From: a virus | IMG/VR virus record: IMGVR_UViG_3300026488_000010 | Reading direction: 5' to 3' (one strand) | Length of the DNA stretch: 64,000 nucleotides | Shown here: positions 38,723 through 48,029 of the stretch, in pieces | Position numbering within the stretch: the stretch's first letter is position 1 | Layout: each line of letters opens with the position of its first letter | The notes under the pieces: model-generated | The model's database searches: none | The model's input: the letters and a program-made list of their open reading frames with translations, nothing else | What the model was told of the DNA's origin: nothing | Translations under genes and position numbers: made by a program

Positions 38723-40054
38723 CTATTTTTTTATTGCTCTCTCAGCTGGTATAATAATTTCAAATACAGTACCATTTGATGAAGTTTCTCTTAATTGTAA
38801 ATCACCATTGTTTTCACGTAATAATTCTTTATTTAGATATAAGCCTACTCCACGAGCATTTTTATTTTGTTCATTTTTTGATTTAAAATTAAATGTCTTT
38901 TTAATCATTAATATTCTATCATTTAACCAACCTTGTGAATCCTGAACAAACGACTCACCCATATCATTCTTAGATGTATAATATTCTCTAAAAATATCGT
39001 TGTATTTAGATGGCTCTAATGCTAACCCTGTATCTGGGTCGCGCAATCCTGTTCCATTATCAACAATAAATATGTGTAAATTTTCAGATATATCATTATA
39101 TTTACATTGAATATTAATTCTAGTCGCAGATGCTTCTAATGAGTTTCGACAATGATTTGAAACAACATTTAATAAATCGCCATTTTTTAAATTATTTAAT
39201 CCATGTTTAAGTTTGAAGTTTTTAAAAGAATTATCAATATCAATTTTAAAATTTGAGGCTTTATATATAGACATTGAATTTGCACTATAACTAATAATAT
39301 CCATTATTGTTTTATTGCCATTACTATATTTAAGATTCTTAAAATTACTCATACGCTGCAACACTGTATCTATCTGTTCAATACTTGAATATATTAATCC
39401 AAAATCAAAATAATAATAATTTGAACATTTTTCACATGGTATAACTTGTTCTTCCATTAATATTTCTAATTGTTTTATATTTCCTTGAATGATTGCAACA
39501 GGTGTATTTAATTCATGGTGTATGTTTTCAGTCAGTATTTGCATATTCTTTTCTCTTAGCGAATTTGATGTGCTCATCATATCCAACATCTTGCGTTTAC
39601 GCTCTTTGAAATCTATCATTATATATGCTAATGTAAACACTATTAAAAATAGGCCTATAATTCGCACATAACCCATCAATACTTCGCTGATCAACTCAGA
39701 GGTGTCTAAGACTGCGAATATATTATACTCTACTTCATACGCGACGATATTAAAGTCATCTGTTATAAATTCAGCTGGTACAATATAATCTGATCGTTTT
39801 AATATGCCATCTTGTAACACATATCGTGAATCATTAATTATACCAATTTCAGTACAAGAAACTACAGCACATAAGTGCTGTAAATCCAATTCATTATATT
39901 CTTCAATTGTTTTAGTAATCGTTTTACTTGCATTTTCTTGATGAATTTTGTTGATCGTGTAAAAGTTTTTATATAATACGAAACATATTAAACATATATA
40001 AAAGATAGTAAGAGTAAGATATTTTAGAATTGATCGTTTATTTAGATCACTCAT
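38723..40054 (-). CDS. membrane sensor histidine kinase
   Basis: Two TM segments; H-box ENIHHELNTP, N-box NVVSNHCRNSLEA, G1 DNGTGL, F-box IFREYYTSK, G2 RGVGL, GTVF. Confidence 0.93.
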   Translation of the reverse strand: MSDLNKRSILKYLTLTIFYICLICFVLYKNFYTINKIHQENASKTITKTIEEYNELDLQHLCAVVSCTEIGIINDSRYVLQDGILKRSDYIVPAEFITDDFNIVAYEVEYNIFAVLDTSELISEVLMGYVRIIGLFLIVFTLAYIMIDFKERKRKMLDMMSTSNSLREKNMQILTENIHHELNTPVAIIQGNIKQLEILMEEQVIPCEKCSNYYYFDFGLIYSSIEQIDTVLQRMSNFKNLKYSNGNKTIMDIISYSANSMSIYKASNFKIDIDNSFKNFKLKHGLNNLKNGDLLNVVSNHCRNSLEASATRINIQCKYNDISENLHIFIVDNGTGLRDPDTGLALEPSKYNDIFREYYTSKNDMGESFVQDSQGWLNDRILMIKKTFNFKSKNEQNKNARGVGLYLNKELLRENNGDLQLRETSSNGTVFEIIIPAERAIKK

Positions 40055-40710
40055 AATAAATCTTTGTCCATAAATTCTTGAATAGTTGAACCTAATGCTT
40101 CAACTCTATTACCATTTTTATTTATCACATGTTTATATACATGTTGTTCTTCACCCTTGTGTATCAATAGTTTTGTTTCATCTATTTTTACATCGAAAAA
40201 ACTTTCAAACTTTTTAATAAATTTAAATATTTCAGGATTATGTCGATTCAAGGTATGTCCGGTTACGAATCTGATTACACAATCAGGATTATATTTCTTT
40301 AAAATTATAGCAATATCAACTCCATCATATTCAACGCCTTCGATAACACCACCAAGTGTTATATCAAGTAATGCTATATCAATTTTTATATCTTCATTTT
40401 CTAAAAATTGTTTTACAGTAAACCCTGCAAATGATCCAGTACTCAATATAATATTAAATGTTTTATCTATGTCACAACATTGAACGCGTTTTAATTCATC
40501 TTTAATCAGTAAAGCCATTCCTTCAAAATCATCCATGATTAGAATGTTTTTTTTGCTTGGATCATATGTTAATTTAGTAACTTCTGGAATAACAGTTTTA
40601 TAATCAACTTCCCCTAAATCAATAGGTGAATCATATGTCATTGCAGGATTACATAACTCTTTTGTTGTAAATAAACATTTAAATTTTCCAAATATTTTTT
40701 TAAAATTCAT
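40051..40710 (-). CDS. receiver-only response regulator
   Basis: NILIMDD acidic pocket, LLDITL phospho-Asp, DGVDIA, FVTG, candidate conserved Lys in INK; no output domain. Confidence 0.88.
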   Translation of the reverse strand: MNFKKIFGKFKCLFTTKELCNPAMTYDSPIDLGEVDYKTVIPEVTKLTYDPSKKNILIMDDFEGMALLIKDELKRVQCCDIDKTFNIILSTGSFAGFTVKQFLENEDIKIDIALLDITLGGVIEGVEYDGVDIAIILKKYNPDCVIRFVTGHTLNRHNPEIFKFIKKFESFFDVKIDETKLLIHKGEEQHVYKHVINKNGNRVEALGSTIQEFMDKDLL

Positions 40711-41174
40711 TATTTTCCCTTTAAACTTTTTTGCACAGATTCTAATACTGATCCAGTATCTTTTGAGATCGCAGAATACGCTTCTTTATCAATCTCATAT
40801 ATACCAAACATGATAGTTATAATAAATAACCATACTCCCAATATTCTAACAGTATTCTTCCATGTCATAGCATTATATAATTTAGTGCTCCAGGTACTAT
40901 GCTTCTTATTCTCAATTATCATTTTATTAATTGTTTCTGTTTTGATTTGTAATGCTTTATCAAGCATCTGAACAAACTGTTTTTTATTATGTTTATTCGT
41001 CATTTGAAATTCATTATATATCAGTACTAACAATTCATATGTGCTTTCGTCATGTTCTTTTACTTTAATGAAATAGCTCATTAAATCTTGTTGTTCAAAA
41101 TTTGAATTTGTATAATTAAGTATTTCTTGACGTAGCTCAATTAACATTTGTTTCATTCTAATATAGTCTTCCAT
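40710..41174 (-). CDS. single-pass membrane protein (154 aa)
   Basis: AAGGAG RBS; helical N-terminus and TM ILGVWLFIITIMFGIY. Confidence 0.7.
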   Translation of the reverse strand: MEDYIRMKQMLIELRQEILNYTNSNFEQQDLMSYFIKVKEHDESTYELLVLIYNEFQMTNKHNKKQFVQMLDKALQIKTETINKMIIENKKHSTWSTKLYNAMTWKNTVRILGVWLFIITIMFGIYEIDKEAYSAISKDTGSVLESVQKSLKGK

Positions 41175-41193
41175 GAATCTCCTTTATAATATT

Positions 41194-41262
41194 TTGTTTT
41201 AAATTGTATATTATATGGATTATAATATACAATTTAAAACAAGATGCATCTTGTTTTAAATT
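41194..41262. promoter_or_regulatory. overlapping, mutually exclusive hairpins upstream of the two-component cassette
   Basis: 22-bp stem 41194-41215/41221-41242 and 32-bp perfect palindrome 41231-41262 share the middle arm. Confidence 0.7.
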
Positions 41263-42188
41263 TTACCGTTTCGAACATTCTTCATATCACGCATGAACTC
41301 TTCAAAAAAATTACACTTATCTTGATCAGAATCATTTTCATAAAATTTATAAATCATATCATTTGATTTATAACTTTGATTAATTGTTGTTAATGCATTT
41401 TTACCTCTATCACCAATTATCTGCTTAAATGGTAAATTGATCGGAGATACACCCATAATCTTAATTAACAATCTAATGTTTGTTGTAAAAGGAGCATACA
41501 CTGCTACCCATACAGCATTAAAATATGGTACTTCAATAAAGTCATCTGCATCATGATTCTCATCTTGTTGAATAGGAGGCATTTTAATGAATCCTTTTTT
41601 CAAAGCATCTATATATTTGAACCAGGCTTCATGATATCTAAAGATATCATTATTATAATTCTCTAAAAAATTGATACTAAAATCACCAGCGAAGTGAACC
41701 TTAGATGCATAATTCAAGTTCCGATTCTTTCCAGATACTGATTCATATTCAATGTTTATTTGTGGTATGTCTATATCTGTTGCTAATTGGCCAAATTGTA
41801 GAAGCACACGTTTAAATCCTGTTTCTTTGAATGTGCTCAAATCACTGTTTTTATAAGTATATGAATCATCTAATTTTGCAATATCTTTATCTTCAATTTC
41901 CGATAATGTTTGTACCCATGGGCCAGACACCATATGAATATAATAGTAACCATTAATATGTGGCGACATTTCGCCATATTTTGTAGTTACCTGTTCATTC
42001 ATAAATTTTAAGATATCAGAATTTCTAAGGCCATCAACCTTAGAATCCATCATTTTGTTAATTAATTTTTTATGAGTATTGTTCTCTACTGTTTTTGCTT
42101 CTGGTGAATCAGGTAATTCAATGTCTGAAATATTTCCTGATTTTGATACTCTTAATTTTTGCTGGTCTGTAGACTCAATTGTTTTCAT
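41256..42188 (-). CDS. tail-tube-fold baseplate protein (gp54/gp48-like)
   Basis: ATDIDIPQI.IEY...NRNLNYASKV.F.GDFSINFLE....IFRYHEAW tube-fold pattern. Confidence 0.6.
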   Translation of the reverse strand: MKTIESTDQQKLRVSKSGNISDIELPDSPEAKTVENNTHKKLINKMMDSKVDGLRNSDILKFMNEQVTTKYGEMSPHINGYYYIHMVSGPWVQTLSEIEDKDIAKLDDSYTYKNSDLSTFKETGFKRVLLQFGQLATDIDIPQINIEYESVSGKNRNLNYASKVHFAGDFSINFLENYNNDIFRYHEAWFKYIDALKKGFIKMPPIQQDENHDADDFIEVPYFNAVWVAVYAPFTTNIRLLIKIMGVSPINLPFKQIIGDRGKNALTTINQSYKSNDMIYKFYENDSDQDKCNFFEEFMRDMKNVRNGKI

Positions 42189-42197
42189 AAAATACCT

Positions 42198-43373
42198 TTA
42201 TTTTTCAAATTCTGCTTTACAAAATGCGCCCTTACCTCTTAAAGTGATAATAAGTAATAATACCTTTCTTAACTTTAATTTATTAGATGAACTACCGGTC
42301 TTCATAAGACCTTTATACATTCTCTCAAGCATTTTGTCAATATATGATTTTAAATTTTGTACTTTTGTATCAGTACCTTTTGATGATGTTATCTTAGAGA
42401 CTGTTTGAACAACATTTAATCCACACATTTTAGATTCTTCTGTTTTTGTGATACTAAATAACAATTCATATATATTTTTTAAATCTTCTTCATTTTTATA
42501 ATCATCCAAAAATGTTTTTACACCATCTAAAAATTTATCAGACACTGCAAATGGTTCAGCTTTGAGATATTTTCTATCTTTATCAGTAAGTTTTAATTGA
42601 TGATTAATTAAATTCTTTTGTAATTTATCAACTAAAGTCACAACTTTAGTTGCATCAATTTCTGATACCTCTCTACCGTTTCCCTCAGACCCTGCTGACA
42701 TAATTGAACGATTCCCATTATTATGTGCTTCATAATAATGATCTTTTACGCCTCTAAATATTTGATCCATTCTTCCCCAAGATTGCATTAATAATACAAC
42801 TAGTCCCATCGTAGGATGTGCTGGATCTTTTTCAATATATGAAAAATATTTATTATCTAATGTTGGTGCAAAATAGTTAGCAATAGCATTAAATGGATTT
42901 GGATGTTTTTTAAAAGTATGTGAACTTCTAAAAACTGATTGTATCAAATATTGAGCAATTTCTTCTTGACAACCATTTGGCATGTATTTATATTGTCTAC
43001 CATTAAAAACTTTAACATATATAAGGGCAACAGCAAACTGACGTAATACATCATCTTTTGATCGAACTCCAATATAATATACTAATGATAATGTTTGATA
43101 ATATAAAGAACTATACATTCTAGATTCTGGGTGAAATCCAATTTCTGCGAATGCTGCAATCATCTGTCTATCAGATATACCGAAGATTTTTAAAAGTTTT
43201 TTATCTATTCCATTTGGTGTACGTAAAGCGTTACAAAAACTAGAATGGCCCAATGAGTCATTATTTAGCTTTGATACTACTGCGATGAGAATCTTTTTGA
43301 TCTCATCATATAGATTTTTATTAGCAAGTATTTTATCTGCAACAAACTCTATCTCTTTCGGCATTTTATGCAT
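42198..43373 (-). CDS. hypothetical protein (391 aa)
   Basis: Long ORF; no motif recognised. Confidence 0.65.
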   Translation of the reverse strand: MHKMPKEIEFVADKILANKNLYDEIKKILIAVVSKLNNDSLGHSSFCNALRTPNGIDKKLLKIFGISDRQMIAAFAEIGFHPESRMYSSLYYQTLSLVYYIGVRSKDDVLRQFAVALIYVKVFNGRQYKYMPNGCQEEIAQYLIQSVFRSSHTFKKHPNPFNAIANYFAPTLDNKYFSYIEKDPAHPTMGLVVLLMQSWGRMDQIFRGVKDHYYEAHNNGNRSIMSAGSEGNGREVSEIDATKVVTLVDKLQKNLINHQLKLTDKDRKYLKAEPFAVSDKFLDGVKTFLDDYKNEEDLKNIYELLFSITKTEESKMCGLNVVQTVSKITSSKGTDTKVQNLKSYIDKMLERMYKGLMKTGSSSNKLKLRKVLLLIITLRGKGAFCKAEFEK

Positions 43374-43397
43374 ATTAGATTCCTTATCCTCTTTAGT

Positions 43398-44162
43398 TTA
43401 TACGAGGGCTCTAGAGATCCCCGCAAATTTATCACAACCTGATTCTTTTAACCCTGTTGATTCTTCAAATAGTTTTGGTGCAACCATTGAAACCATTGCA
43501 ATAACTGATTCTTGAATTTCATCTTTAAGTACTTGAGCATTTTTAGTAAACACATCAAAATATTCAGCATCTTGTTGATTGATGAATGCATCAGTTCTTT
43601 CTTCAAGTACTTCTGGAAGAATAATATGTTTACAATTTTGAACTAAAGTGTTCTCAAATAGTGCATATTTTAAAAATAGTTCCGTATCAACTTCAGATGT
43701 AACACCAGCAGCGATTGCAGCTTCAGTTAATAGACGAGCTTCTGATTTATAAACTTCTAAAAGTGTTCCCTCAAATAATGGCAGGGCAAAATCTTTATTA
43801 ACAGCGTCTGTAAAATTCTTAGAATAAATTTCAGAAATTGTAGACTCAGTTAGTTCTTGAGTATCAACTGCTTGTGAACAAGTACGAGGTTTCATATTAA
43901 CTTCTTTAAATATTCCCATAGTCGATTCAAGTAATAGACCAAGCTTTTCAAAATATGCTTCTTTCTCTGATTCTTCTAATACTGAAGTTAATCCAGCGAA
44001 AAATCTACCATCATTTTCTAATTTTGCTTCAAGTTTATCAGCATTAAATACATCTGCACCAATTGTTGGTTGATTATATTTTGTAGACTCTTCTAAAAGG
44101 TCAAGACTCTTTCTACCTGCATTAGCAGCTTCGAACATAAATTGATTAGTTCCTAAATTCAT
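43398..44162 (-). CDS. probable prohead core/internal head protein
   Basis: About ten hydrophobic-X-E(S/A/N) motifs (LLEES, VLEES, LLES, LTES, LTEA, LFEN, IQES, LFEES, LKES) typical of gp21-cleaved proteins. Confidence 0.5.
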   Translation of the reverse strand: MNLGTNQFMFEAANAGRKSLDLLEESTKYNQPTIGADVFNADKLEAKLENDGRFFAGLTSVLEESEKEAYFEKLGLLLESTMGIFKEVNMKPRTCSQAVDTQELTESTISEIYSKNFTDAVNKDFALPLFEGTLLEVYKSEARLLTEAAIAAGVTSEVDTELFLKYALFENTLVQNCKHIILPEVLEERTDAFINQQDAEYFDVFTKNAQVLKDEIQESVIAMVSMVAPKLFEESTGLKESGCDKFAGISRALV

Positions 44163-44175
44163 TATACTTTCCTTC

Positions 44176-44190
44176 GGTAGCTAAGCTACC
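44176..44190 (-). terminator. short hairpin, possible terminator
   Basis: GGTAGC-TAA-GCTACC; same stem as the hairpin at 9092. Confidence 0.4.
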
Positions 44191-44227
44191 AATTTGTTTT
44201 AATTTTATCGATCAGATTGACCGTTAT

Positions 44228-47023
44228 TTAATAAGGTTTTTTATAACCATTATTTCTATCATTTCTATCATTACCTCTATAACCATTTCTACCATTTCTA
44301 TCATTTCTATCATTTCGATAATTTGGTTTACTATGCTTATGTTTATTGTATTTGCTATCTTTAGATTCATTATCTTTTTGATTATTATACACTTTTTTAT
44401 CTTTATCATTTTTATCATTTTTATTGCGTTGTTCTACTTGAGGTTGATATGATGATGTACCATATTGTTGGGTTCTTAGAATTTCTTCATCCCCGCCAAG
44501 TTTTTTAAAATTATCATCATATTCTTTCACTTTGCTTGCATGTGCTTTTAATGATATATTCATAGCAGATTTTACTTTTTTCAAATCATCTTCTGCTTTT
44601 CGTTTATCTTCATAAGATGTTTTCTTATTCTTGATTGTATTTTCAAGAACCTTAATTGCAGTTCTATGATTTTTCAGATTCTGTTCGATTGCTACAAATA
44701 ATTTTCTATAATCATTATTATTAACTTTAATTGCGTCTCTAGTAGCTTGTTTAAACATTTGATTATTGTTCCATAAGTCGCGACCATAATCAATTTCACA
44801 TATATTTTTTAGAGCTGACATTTCAATTTTGCTAAAAATTGATGTTCCAGTTAATGATAAAAAATCTGGTTGAGATAATATAACAGATCCATTACTAACT
44901 ATAAATACTGGATTGTTTTCCAATCCTAATCTTTTGATAATGTATTTAATTTTATTTAAATCATTACCAATCTTAGATGGAGGATAAGCAATTAGTCCAG
45001 CAATATATTTTTGAGTATCAACATGATTTAACATATCATATAAGTTTGTCATCACTTCTTCTGATAAAATATAAGTTTTAAAATTATCATTATTTGTAAC
45101 AGTTTTTCTAATAATAGGATTCTTTTCTGTTCTAAGGTTTGCATATTGTTGAGATTTAATTAATGATTCATCACCAAAATCTCTACCAAAGCGTTTGAAC
45201 ATTAAAAATAATTGATTATCAATTACTAATTTAATTTCTGTTTCGATTTTTCTACGATTAGCTGAGAACCATTCGGGTACATCAGAACTATAATCAATTG
45301 CATCTGATCCGAATGTATTATTCGTTGCATCTATTTTAGATAAAATAGTGTCTTGTAATGAATCATATATTTGTGCAAGTAATTGATCACTTGCAATCGT
45401 TAACATCTGATTTTGTCTAAATAAATCTTGTAATTCAGAAATTGTAAAATTTCTTTTATTGCCAACAATATCAAAAATGTTTTGTAACTTTTTAGGATCA
45501 TATAATGATGATTCTATATCAAATAATACTCCTGTTAACTCATTTTGAATACCTTCAATATTATAAGTTAAATTAGTAGTTAATGCTTCATTTTCGATGC
45601 GTTTTTTATCAGCAGCTTGTTGAGATACATCAGAAAACATCATCATTTGTCTCGCCTGATTTAACCCTTGTTGTAGCGTATTTTTATCAGCAGTTAATCT
45701 ATCAACTTCTGCACGAGCATCTGGTGTTGCTCCTTCAGAGTTATTAATAATTCGATTAATTTCCATATCTTTAGAAGCAATCTCTAAAGAATAATACTCA
45801 ACTGATTCAGCAGGGCTAACTGAATCTTTTTTCGCCTGTTTTCGTCTACCCATTACTTTATTTTCATAACCATCTTGCATGTTATTTAACTTTTGAACCA
45901 AGTTTACAACAAATGCTTCAAAATATTCATTACGAAGACGTTCAATCATTTTATCATAATTAACATCAATATCAACATCTTGATTATTTGAATCTTTAAG
46001 TTTTACAACTGAATCAGATATAGCTGAATCAACATCTTTCATTATATCAGTACTCTTATTAAAGTTAATTAATGAATCAACCATTGATAATATTTTATTA
46101 TAATTTTGGGTCTTTTGTGCCATGTACTGTCTCTCAACTGTACTTGATACATCATCAACTGAATTAATTCCGTTTCTACCAACATGTGAAAATTTATTAT
46201 TTATGTGTTGATCGTCGAAGAAGTCTGCAATATCTAAATGTTTAATTTCATTTAAAAGAAAATTAATATCTTTGATTTCACCGTTCTTTCTATCTCCACC
46301 AAATAATTTAAAAAACTTTGATGATACTGATTGATTCAATGCTTTATTTTGAGTTACAAATGATTGCAATCCATTATACTTTGTATCACCATTCTTCTTT
46401 TTAAGACCAGCAATCTTAATAAGTTTTATCATTGCTGATATAGGATCAGTATTATTTGATTTACTAAATTCTATAAATTTAGCAATATCGCTTCTAATTG
46501 TAAATGAATCATTATTTCCAATTTGTGATAATGGTACTCTAGGGTATAGCATATCTTTAATAAATAAAAACGTTAAAGATAACGTATCATCATATTTGAT
46601 TTCATCTAACATCTGCTGCTGAACTAAATCATTTGCTAATAAAATAAAATCATAATCATGTGAATTGTTTTTATTTTGGTGCTCAATGTAAATTGGATAT
46701 GTTACTTTATCTTTATAGAATGGATTACCTGCGATTGTCTTTGAAAAATTCTGCAAAGATTTAAATGCTCGTTTCATAGTTAAGCTTTTATCTTTTACGT
46801 CTGGGTTTGTTCTAGCAGGTAGATTATCAATTCTATTTGATTTAAAATATTTTAGTATAACATCTGGTGTGATATATTTTTCTAGATCTGATTGAGTGCT
46901 TTTCATCTGTGTATTCATTGTAATTAAATCAGCAAATGATTTAATACTATATGTATCAATACAGTGTCTATTAGATTGTGACATATCAATTAGTGGAAAG
47001 CTTCCAAAACTAATTTTTTTCAT
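44228..47023 (-). CDS. large hypothetical protein (931 aa) with coiled coils and an Asn/Asp/Arg low-complexity tail
   Basis: Long ORF, AAGGAG RBS; C-terminal NDK/NDR 9-bp repeats. Confidence 0.7.
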   Translation of the reverse strand: MKKISFGSFPLIDMSQSNRHCIDTYSIKSFADLITMNTQMKSTQSDLEKYITPDVILKYFKSNRIDNLPARTNPDVKDKSLTMKRAFKSLQNFSKTIAGNPFYKDKVTYPIYIEHQNKNNSHDYDFILLANDLVQQQMLDEIKYDDTLSLTFLFIKDMLYPRVPLSQIGNNDSFTIRSDIAKFIEFSKSNNTDPISAMIKLIKIAGLKKKNGDTKYNGLQSFVTQNKALNQSVSSKFFKLFGGDRKNGEIKDINFLLNEIKHLDIADFFDDQHINNKFSHVGRNGINSVDDVSSTVERQYMAQKTQNYNKILSMVDSLINFNKSTDIMKDVDSAISDSVVKLKDSNNQDVDIDVNYDKMIERLRNEYFEAFVVNLVQKLNNMQDGYENKVMGRRKQAKKDSVSPAESVEYYSLEIASKDMEINRIINNSEGATPDARAEVDRLTADKNTLQQGLNQARQMMMFSDVSQQAADKKRIENEALTTNLTYNIEGIQNELTGVLFDIESSLYDPKKLQNIFDIVGNKRNFTISELQDLFRQNQMLTIASDQLLAQIYDSLQDTILSKIDATNNTFGSDAIDYSSDVPEWFSANRRKIETEIKLVIDNQLFLMFKRFGRDFGDESLIKSQQYANLRTEKNPIIRKTVTNNDNFKTYILSEEVMTNLYDMLNHVDTQKYIAGLIAYPPSKIGNDLNKIKYIIKRLGLENNPVFIVSNGSVILSQPDFLSLTGTSIFSKIEMSALKNICEIDYGRDLWNNNQMFKQATRDAIKVNNNDYRKLFVAIEQNLKNHRTAIKVLENTIKNKKTSYEDKRKAEDDLKKVKSAMNISLKAHASKVKEYDDNFKKLGGDEEILRTQQYGTSSYQPQVEQRNKNDKNDKDKKVYNNQKDNESKDSKYNKHKHSKPNYRNDRNDRNGRNGYRGNDRNDRNNGYKKPY

Positions 47024-47055
47024 TAATTCTCCTTAGTTATATTTTATTGCATTTT

Positions 47056-47748
47056 TCATATCTTATTGCATGTACTATTGAATTCACAGTACATGCAATG
47101 CTTAAGATTTGGCTGCAATAATTCTAATTTTTTTGTTGGTTTTATATCTCTTATCAATTGTTGGATATTTAATAGTTGAATATACTTAATATCAAGATCA
47201 ATATTATTTAAAATAAAATCTATAATATTATCATATGCTTCAGGTATAAACACTGTTGAATCTTTATGATATAAGGTTCCTTCTAATATGTGTGATGATA
47301 TTTCCATATCACCTTGAATAGATACATTCAATTTAAACGATGCAATGTTATAATTACATTTCTTTAAATAATCCAATAAGTTATGAATTGATGATAAACT
47401 ATTCACTCTATGAATTTGTTCTAGTTCAGTACTAAAATGATTCAAATATTTTTTATCTAATTTTACAAGATTAGAATTATGTTTAATATATAAATTACAC
47501 ATCGGGTAAAATTCCAATATTGTAAAATTGTTTGTTATTTCTGATACTTCTAACGTGTCAAGATTTATAACACTTTTTGAAGTAGGATTAGGAACATCAG
47601 AAACTTTTTTGAGTGTTTCTGATGTTTCTGATGTTTCTGATGTTTCTGATAGTTGCTCAGAAACTGATATATCAACAACAGGTGCTTTAGCAACAACTTC
47701 TAAATTATTAACTGTTTTTTTTGGCTTAATCTGTTGCAATATATTCAT
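47056..47748 (-). CDS. degenerate Cas4/PD-(D/E)XK-like protein with putative Fe-S Cys staple
   Basis: YPMCNLY plus C-terminal HCMYCEFNSTC; no clear catalytic D/ExK. Confidence 0.45.
   Translation of the reverse strand: MNILQQIKPKKTVNNLEVVAKAPVVDISVSEQLSETSETSETSETLKKVSDVPNPTSKSVINLDTLEVSEITNNFTILEFYPMCNLYIKHNSNLVKLDKKYLNHFSTELEQIHRVNSLSSIHNLLDYLKKCNYNIASFKLNVSIQGDMEISSHILEGTLYHKDSTVFIPEAYDNIIDFILNNIDLDIKYIQLLNIQQLIRDIKPTKKLELLQPNLKHCMYCEFNSTCNKI
47614..47649 (-). repeat. 9-bp tandem repeat TCAGAAACA x4 (Ser-Glu-Thr)
   Basis: Read directly. Confidence 0.9.
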
Positions 47749-47756
47749 TGTACTTC

Positions 47757-48029
47757 CTATTTTGGTTTATTATCAGGCGTATTTTTAGGAGCTTTTGCAG
47801 GCTTAGCTGCATTCGGAATAGTTCCTTGTTTCTTAGTCCATGCTACTTTTGCACGAGGACCATACTTTCTAAGAATTGCTTCTTTTGCCGCTAAGAATAA
47901 TTTTTTAAATCTTGCAGCTTTCTTTTGTTGAATATCATCTGCATCTTTTGCTAATTTCATCGCGATAACTGCAACAGCTGCATTCTTTTTAGCTTCTCTA
48001 GATCTTCGAACCATTGATGTTTGTGTCAT
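47757..48029 (-). CDS. small Lys/Ala-rich basic protein, possible DNA-binding
   Basis: AAGGAAG RBS; K/A/R-rich, C-terminal AAKPAKAPK histone-like tail. Confidence 0.65.
   Translation of the reverse strand: MTQTSMVRRSREAKKNAAVAVIAMKLAKDADDIQQKKAARFKKLFLAAKEAILRKYGPRAKVAWTKKQGTIPNAAKPAKAPKNTPDNKPK

Noticed and set aside
36835-41174. Signalling cassette as bacterial contamination or a prophage-host junction
   Set aside because: Same strand, RBS style and tight packing as the flanking virion genes, with phage structural genes on both sides; not formally excluded without read data.
44191-44198. AACAAATT as another late promoter before 43398..44162
   Set aside because: One mismatch to the consensus, and the hairpin at 44176-44190 lies between it and the gene; left uncounted.
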